Shown here: positions 58,525-64,000 of the stretch, in pieces | How the letters are laid out: each line of letters begins with the position of its first letter | How positions within the stretch are numbered: the first letter of the stretch is position 1 | Assembly: GCA_034439575.1 (NCBI GenBank) | Contig: JAWXAQ010000002.1 | Coordinates: 96,001 to 160,000 of the forward strand | Direction: 5' to 3' | DNA length: 64,000 nucleotides | Source: Leptospira sp. | Lineage (GTDB): Bacteria > Spirochaetota > Leptospiria > Leptospirales > Leptospiraceae | Made by a program: the position numbers and the translations under genes | The notes under the pieces: model-generated | What the model was told of the DNA's origin: nothing | Seen by the model: the letters and a program-made list of their open reading frames with translations, nothing else | Databases searched by the model: none

Positions 58525-58615
58525 CCTTCACTGATTCGTCAAAACACAGCTCCCTTTTTATTAAATTATTATAGTCATTTGAATCAAATAATTCTAAAAT
58601 GATATCCGGACTATC

Positions 58616-59974
58616 ATGATACCAATTTCAGAAGTAATTGAAATTTTACGGACTGTGGATTTATTCGCAGAGATACCTCATGAGTCTATCCACGAAATTG
58701 CTTCTTCATTGAAAGAAGATCATTTCAAAACTGGGGAAAGTATCATTCAAAAAGGTGATTCTGGAACATGTATGTACATTATTTACTCTGGGCGAGTTTT
58801 CGTACATTTTGATGACCAAAAAGTCGCAGAGATTGGCCAAAGGCAAACATTCGGCGAATTTTCTCTTTTAAATTCGGAACCGAGAAATGCATCTATAAGT
58901 GCACTTGAAGATACTCATTTGTTGAGATTGGACCAAGCTGATTTTTATGCAATTATGGGAAATAGCACTGAATTTATGCGCGGTGTGATTCGAATATTAA
59001 TTGTTCGCCTAGCAGAGCAAAACAATGAATTGATTGATACTTTAAAGAGAAGAGAAGTTGAGCTAACTCGTAAAGTAGAAGAACAAACCAAAGATTTGAT
59101 CAGTGCTATTTTGGAAATACAATCTCAGAATGATAATTTAGAAAAATACAACAAAGAAGTAATTGAACAGAAAAAAGAAATCGAAAGAAAGAATCATGAT
59201 ATAACGGAAAGTATACGTTATGCGAGAACGATTCAACAATCCATACTTCCAAGTCGAGAATTGATTTCTTGGGCATTGCCAGAATCTTTTATCCTTTTTA
59301 AACCTCGCGATGTTGTGAGTGGGGATTTTTATTGGTTCACTTCAAAGTCAGTTATAATTGAAAATATAGAAGAGACTGTCGTTGTCATCGCAGCGGCTGA
59401 CTGTACAGGCCACGGAGTTCCTGGCGCCTTTATGTCTATGATCGGAAATAGTTTGCTCAATGATATTGTCAATGCACGTGGTGTATATGAACCAGATGAG
59501 ATTTTGAATTTATTGCACAGAGGTGTTAGGTATTCCTTGAACCAAGAAATGACAGAAAGTCGTGATGGAATGGATATATCTTTGTGTACAATTCACTTAG
59601 AAAAAAAGATCATCAAATATGCAGGGGCAATGAACTCACTCTATTATATGCAAAATAATGTTTTAACAGAGATAAAAGCAGATCGTAGATCAATTGGTGG
59701 GACACAAAAAGAAGGCCAGCGAATTTTCACCAAACATGAAATAGATGCAAACACCCCATCCACATTTTATCTAACAACTGATGGTTATTTAGATCAATTT
59801 AGCGGTCTCGATCATAAAAAATTTATGTCAAAAAGGTTTAAGGATCTAATCGAAGAAATTCATAGCAAACCAATGGCGGAACAAAAAATTATTTTTGATA
59901 CAAATATGAAGTCATGGATGGATGGCTGTGAACAAATAGATGATATTTTAGTGATAGGTGTAAAAATTCCTTAG
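58616..59974 (+). CDS. cNMP-binding domain, coiled coil and SpoIIE/PP2C (RsbU-like) phosphatase
   Basis: FGEFSLLNSEPRNAS; VSGDFYW, ADCTGHGVPGA, DGMD, TDGYLDQF, DDILVIG. Confidence 0.92.
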   Translation: MIPISEVIEILRTVDLFAEIPHESIHEIASSLKEDHFKTGESIIQKGDSGTCMYIIYSGRVFVHFDDQKVAEIGQRQTFGEFSLLNSEPRNASISALEDTHLLRLDQADFYAIMGNSTEFMRGVIRILIVRLAEQNNELIDTLKRREVELTRKVEEQTKDLISAILEIQSQNDNLEKYNKEVIEQKKEIERKNHDITESIRYARTIQQSILPSRELISWALPESFILFKPRDVVSGDFYWFTSKSVIIENIEETVVVIAAADCTGHGVPGAFMSMIGNSLLNDIVNARGVYEPDEILNLLHRGVRYSLNQEMTESRDGMDISLCTIHLEKKIIKYAGAMNSLYYMQNNVLTEIKADRRSIGGTQKEGQRIFTKHEIDANTPSTFYLTTDGYLDQFSGLDHKKFMSKRFKDLIEEIHSKPMAEQKIIFDTNMKSWMDGCEQIDDILVIGVKIP

Positions 59975-59985
59975 TCACATTTTTC

Positions 59986-60012
59986 TTGACAATTAATGTT
60001 TTTATCTATAAT
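59986..60012 (+). promoter_or_regulatory. Sigma70 consensus promoter, probably giving a leaderless mRNA
   Basis: TTGACA-N15-TATAAT, 7 nt before the ATG at 60020; spacer is shorter than optimal. Confidence 0.55.
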
Positions 60013-60019
60013 CAATAGA

Positions 60020-60448
60020 ATGAAAAACGCTTATCTTATTTTCCTTGTTTTCGTTTTAAATTTTTCCTTACTTGCAAATCCTGCTAAAAAATCGGAAGAG
60101 ATGTGTTCCTGTCTAAAAATTGCAAAAGCTTCAAATTTAGACAAAGACAAAAAGAAATGTCTTACTTTGAGAGAAAAACATGTTAAAGCATTGAAGAAGG
60201 GTTCGGCGGATTATGATACTTATCTTAAGTCATTAACAGTATGCGAGAATCAAATGAGCGATGCCAAGCCCATCGATCCAAATTTATCCTTCGAAGAAAA
60301 AGTAGCAGAAGTCTGTGATTGTTTTAAAACCAGTGCCAAAAGCCAACGTATGTTATGCTTTAAACTCCAAAGCGACTATGGCAAAACGATTGAAGATCCA
60401 GAAAAGAAAAAAGAATTTAATTTATCTACAAGTAGTTGTGATCAATAG
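60020..60448 (+). CDS. Secreted small protein with two Cys-containing helical repeats
   Basis: Signal peptide ending SLLA; EEMCSCLK...KCL...VC and AEVCDCFK...LCF...SC. Confidence 0.75.
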   Translation: MKNAYLIFLVFVLNFSLLANPAKKSEEMCSCLKIAKASNLDKDKKKCLTLREKHVKALKKGSADYDTYLKSLTVCENQMSDAKPIDPNLSFEEKVAEVCDCFKTSAKSQRMLCFKLQSDYGKTIEDPEKKKEFNLSTSSCDQ

Positions 60449-60473
60449 TTTTTACTGTTTATAAATATCTAAC

Positions 60474-61868
60474 TTAAGCTGGGAATTCAAGTGTGACTTG
60501 AGTTCCATTCTTAAAATGAGTAGATACACTGCCATTTAATTGTTTTGAAAGTTCGTCAACTAACAAGTGTCCAAAACCATTTGTTTTTGTATTGGGATGT
60601 GAATCATTTATGATTTTTGCAATGCCATTGTCTTTAATTTGAATGGAAATAGTTTCCTTATTGAGATTGGCTGAGACTTTAATTTTGGGGTCTGGATGAT
60701 TTTTAAATGCGTGTTTAATAGTATTTGTAATCAGTTCATTGACGATAATACCTAATAATTGCATTCTTTTTGCATCGATTAAAAAGTCTTGAATGGCCTT
60801 TTCCACATGAATCATAAATGCATTTGGTAAGTTATTAAATATTTCATCGATTAATGCAGATAAATAAACCGTTGAACTTATCTCTTCAAAATTTGCAGAA
60901 TGAAAAAGTTTATCGTATAACAAAGCCATCCCTTTAATTCGCCTTGCCGAATCTTCTAAGGCTTCACAAGCGTTTGTATCTGTTATAGTTGTTGCCTGCA
61001 TACTTAGCAAACTGTACAACATACTCATATTATTTTTGATTCTATGATGAACTTCTTTAAGTATCACTTCTTTTTCTGAAAGAAGACTGGTAATTCTTTT
61101 TTCAGTATCTTTACGATCTGTTATATCTCTTATGAGTGCGATAAATCTAGGCTCTTCTTGATTAAGAATTTCCTTTTTTGCAACAGAAACTTCAAACCAC
61201 AATTTTCCTATGGGAACCTCCATTTCATATTGATTTCCGAAAGATCTACCAGAGACATTGGCTTCATGGATCGCTTTCATCGCCACATCAGATACATTAG
61301 GTGGAAGAATATCAGTAACATATTTTCCTATAAATTGTTCTTTAGGTACAAGGAGCAGATCATCACGATTTGAGTGATAGTCATGGAATTTACCATTCAA
61401 ATCCATTTCCAACATTAAATCAGGAAGTGCTTTCAGTGTTGCAGTTAATTTATTTTTCGTGTCATTTAAACTTTGAGTCGTTTCAAACAATTTGAATGCC
61501 ATTTTAAGTGATATATCAAGAGTGATTTTATCGGAAGTTTTTGTGATATATCCGTATGATGTTATCTGTTCCGTTAATGCAATGATTTCTGGTTCTATAT
61601 GACTTGAAAAAAAAACGATAGGCAGATTTTTAAATTTTAAGATTTCTTTCGCAGTGTCTGGACCATTCAGTCCTTCTCCTAAATCTATATCCATGAGAAC
61701 AAGATCAACTTTCAGTGATCCTAATATTCTGGCAATGGCAGTTTCACCATTTGGACAATGAATGTACGAATAACCCAATGATTCCAATATTTTCCCATTG
61801 CCCTTCGCAAAGATATGATCATCTTCAACAATTAAAATAACTTTATTAAGGGATATTGGTTCATGCAT
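60474..61868 (-). CDS. Hybrid sensor kinase: REC, PAS, HisKA_2, HATPase
   Basis: IVEDD, LMDIDL, GYITK; PAS; KEVHHRIKNN; NELITNTIKHAF, DNG, GFG. Confidence 0.92.
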   Translation of the reverse strand: MHEPISLNKVILIVEDDHIFAKGNGKILESLGYSYIHCPNGETAIARILGSLKVDLVLMDIDLGEGLNGPDTAKEILKFKNLPIVFFSSHIEPEIIALTEQITSYGYITKTSDKITLDISLKMAFKLFETTQSLNDTKNKLTATLKALPDLMLEMDLNGKFHDYHSNRDDLLLVPKEQFIGKYVTDILPPNVSDVAMKAIHEANVSGRSFGNQYEMEVPIGKLWFEVSVAKKEILNQEEPRFIALIRDITDRKDTEKRITSLLSEKEVILKEVHHRIKNNMSMLYSLLSMQATTITDTNACEALEDSARRIKGMALLYDKLFHSANFEEISSTVYLSALIDEIFNNLPNAFMIHVEKAIQDFLIDAKRMQLLGIIVNELITNTIKHAFKNHPDPKIKVSANLNKETISIQIKDNGIAKIINDSHPNTKTNGFGHLLVDELSKQLNGSVSTHFKNGTQVTLEFPA

Positions 61869-61980
61869 ATATGATAATAAAAACAATTCCAGTTCTAGAG
61901 TATAATAAATCCGACGGGAATATATGAGGTAAAAATACAGGAAATAAAAATTATTTGGAAATTTATTTCATTTTTTTAAT

Positions 61981-62733
61981 TTATTCTTGGAGGCTCCATC
62001 GTTCCCTAAGAGTTTCCTTAGTTAGATTTTCTTTATTTAAAATTTCTTCGAATAACAAACGTTTTGATTTATAATTGGGACTAAAGGGAATTTCTAATCT
62101 TGCTACGGTGAAATTTGTTTTTGGTTCTGAATAGATTGTCAAAAATCTTCTATCAATGCCGTATTGTGACATTAGAATTCCGACTAACGTAATCCCGAGT
62201 CCAGCACCTTCTGTCTCATCGGCGTGTTTTAAAAAAAATTGAGGTAGGCTTTCGAAGTTTTTTGCCAGTTCAAATTTTTCTCGGATTCTTTCTTCTTCTT
62301 TGGGCAGTAATGCAAAATTGTTTGAGACTCTAACGATCAACCTTTCATGGTTTGGTTCGAAAGAGATCTTTGTTTGAATGCGACGCTCTTTCATTTTCTC
62401 TCTGAAATAGGAAAACTTTTGACTAAGGATGCTGGCCTTAAACGATTTCATAAAAGCCTCAGGGGTCGGAGCTATGCCTTCTGCATCCATTTTCATTTCA
62501 TCGTAAACAATACGTTTGATTGCCGCTTTTGTAGAATTCATAACAAATTCTTTACATGCGGTATAGATAAGCTCTGTGAGATCAATTTGATTATGAAATG
62601 TTAATATGGTCCGAATGATGTATTCGAGTTTCTCTTCACCCGAATCATCCAGAAACCTAGTAAAAAATGTAATTTTTCTATCTTTGCTGACACTTGGATC
62701 AACTGAGCTTTTAAATCGTGCGCTTATTGCCAT
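61981..62733 (-). CDS. Stand-alone histidine-kinase-like ATPase (HATPase/RsbW-like) protein
   Basis: KEFVMNSTKA (N-box-like) and TEGAGLGI (G2-box); no HisKA His motif seen. Confidence 0.6.
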   Translation of the reverse strand: MAISARFKSSVDPSVSKDRKITFFTRFLDDSGEEKLEYIIRTILTFHNQIDLTELIYTACKEFVMNSTKAAIKRIVYDEMKMDAEGIAPTPEAFMKSFKASILSQKFSYFREKMKERRIQTKISFEPNHERLIVRVSNNFALLPKEEERIREKFELAKNFESLPQFFLKHADETEGAGLGITLVGILMSQYGIDRRFLTIYSEPKTNFTVARLEIPFSPNYKSKRLLFEEILNKENLTKETLRERWSLQE

Positions 62734-62819
62734 CTTGTGCCGGATTGAAACAATTATTAATCTTTTAATTAGCAGACGTCAAATAGAAATCCGATTGCCT
62801 ATTTAGATTTGCATTTTCA

Positions 62820-63242
62820 ATGAGTCTAACCAATGTGCATATTTTTTTGCGATCTTACCTTACGTTGTTAGTTCTATTTGTGATCTCTGTTCCTTTATCT
62901 TCGGAAAAGATCCAATGCAATTCTAAACTTTCCGAAGAAGAAAAAATTGAAGCATTGATAAATAGAGTTTCGAAAATAGAAGGAACTTTTATTCGCAATG
63001 GCGAAGAACATAACGCCAGTGAGGCTGCTGATCATTTGCGATTAAAACTTTCAAATGCTAAAAAATCATTCTTTTCCTCTTCTAAAAATTGGACTGCCTT
63101 GCAATTTATAGACCAATTGGCAACGAAATCTTCGCTTTCAGGCATTCCATATGAAATCAAATGGAAAGATGGGAAAAAGATTCTTTCAAGCGTATGGCTT
63201 CATTCGGAATTAAAAAAAATAACCGAGTCTTGCCCTCCTTAA
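62820..63242 (+). CDS. DUF5329-like exported protein
   Basis: FIRNGEEH...AADHLRLK...FIDQLATKSSLSGIPY...WL pattern. Confidence 0.8.
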   Translation: MSLTNVHIFLRSYLTLLVLFVISVPLSSEKIQCNSKLSEEEKIEALINRVSKIEGTFIRNGEEHNASEAADHLRLKLSNAKKSFFSSSKNWTALQFIDQLATKSSLSGIPYEIKWKDGKKILSSVWLHSELKKITESCPP

Positions 63243-63293
63243 AATTTTTAAAGTCGACAAAATAAATTCTGACATCATGTTATTGGACTTCAG

Positions 63294-64000
63294 ATGAACA
63301 GAAATTTTTTTCCTCTAATATTTACCTTACTGACATTCCCGATTCTCTCAGAAACTGTCACGGATCGGTTATCGATAGTCACTGATTTCAAAGTTAGGCC
63401 CAGTTTTTATGCTACGGAAAGTCCCTTTTTAGTAGATCGTAATGCATTGGTTTACCTTGGAAAAACCATGAACAGTGATATCGTTGGGATTCATCTTTAT
63501 GAAATAAAATCAAAGAAAAAAATATTTTTAACTCCGCCCATTCGTGAATATTTCACTAAACATTCTGAATTATTGGTTCCAGGTGCTCTTAATTTCAAAG
63601 ATGAACCCTTATCTGTTTATATTTCTGATTTGCTGTTTTTAGATAGGACCACGGGTAAAGCGGGATTTCATATTGAGCATAGTCATTTCAAACTTTCTGA
63701 AAAAAAATATTTCTTTGCCGTTTGGGATATCAACTCAAATGAAATTGAGTTTGTAAAAGAAATATATACTCGCAATGCATCAAATGAAAATAGTTATTCA
63801 ATAGCCGGTAATATCGGATTTGACCCTCATGAAGAAGCAGGATATTTTTCATATGGCATTGATGCCAATATGAAAGAAAAAGGTGTAGATGATGTTAATA
63901 TTCGAATATTCAGATATAAAAATGGTTCTTTAGACGAACTACATTCTTATTTCACAAAATGGTTTCCTTACAATAGCATTTTCCATTTTGAAAAAGGAAA
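63294..64000 (+). CDS. Exported hypothetical protein, truncated by the window edge (absent from the ORF track)
   Basis: Manual translation from the ATG at 63294 gives MNRNFFPLIFTLLTFPILSETVTDRL..., open with no stop to 64000. Confidence 0.75.
   Translation, partial: MNRNFFPLIFTLLTFPILSETVTDRLSIVTDFKVRPSFYATESPFLVDRNALVYLGKTMNSDIVGIHLYEIKSKKKIFLTPPIREYFTKHSELLVPGALNFKDEPLSVYISDLLFLDRTTGKAGFHIEHSHFKLSEKKYFFAVWDINSNEIEFVKEIYTRNASNENSYSIAGNIGFDPHEEAGYFSYGIDANMKEKGVDDVNIRIFRYKNGSLDELHSYFTKWFPYNSIFHFEKG

Overview
A gene-dense, AT-rich bacterial chromosomal window, very likely from a Leptospira species. This rests on a Leptospira-type LpxA, spirochaetal lipoboxes, a cluster resembling L. interrogans LIC11086-LIC11090, ccr, and the recG-galE-lpxA-Hpt neighbourhood, all recognised from memory rather than by database search. 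About 60 CDS can be supported; I saw no rRNA, tRNA, CRISPR array, transposase or prophage gene. Housekeeping genes (ccr, map, gpsA, recG, galE, lpxA, thiolase) alternate with accessory modules. Highlights: (1) a surface lipoprotein (27830-29683) with four Ig-like repeats and an FN3 domain, tipped by a Cys-rich module that matches the animal uromodulin/GP2/OIT3 D8C(D10C) domain motif by motif; (2) a self-contained SigZ-type ECF mini-regulon (22585-25989) with three copies of TGCATC-N16-CGTC driving an ArsV-like flavoprotein plus MFS pump, the sigma factor itself, and a free-standing Cys-rich peptide; (3) a type I secretion system with two ABC subunits, each carrying tandem cNMP-binding domains and an inactive C39-like domain, translationally coupled to a nucleotidyltransferase-methyltransferase fusion, with no visible cargo; (4) an MbnP/MbnH copper-handling cassette without methanobactin genes, led by a possible metal-sensing leader ORF; (5) a leaderless AAA-nuclease-like gene with a perfect 20-bp palindrome across its promoter.
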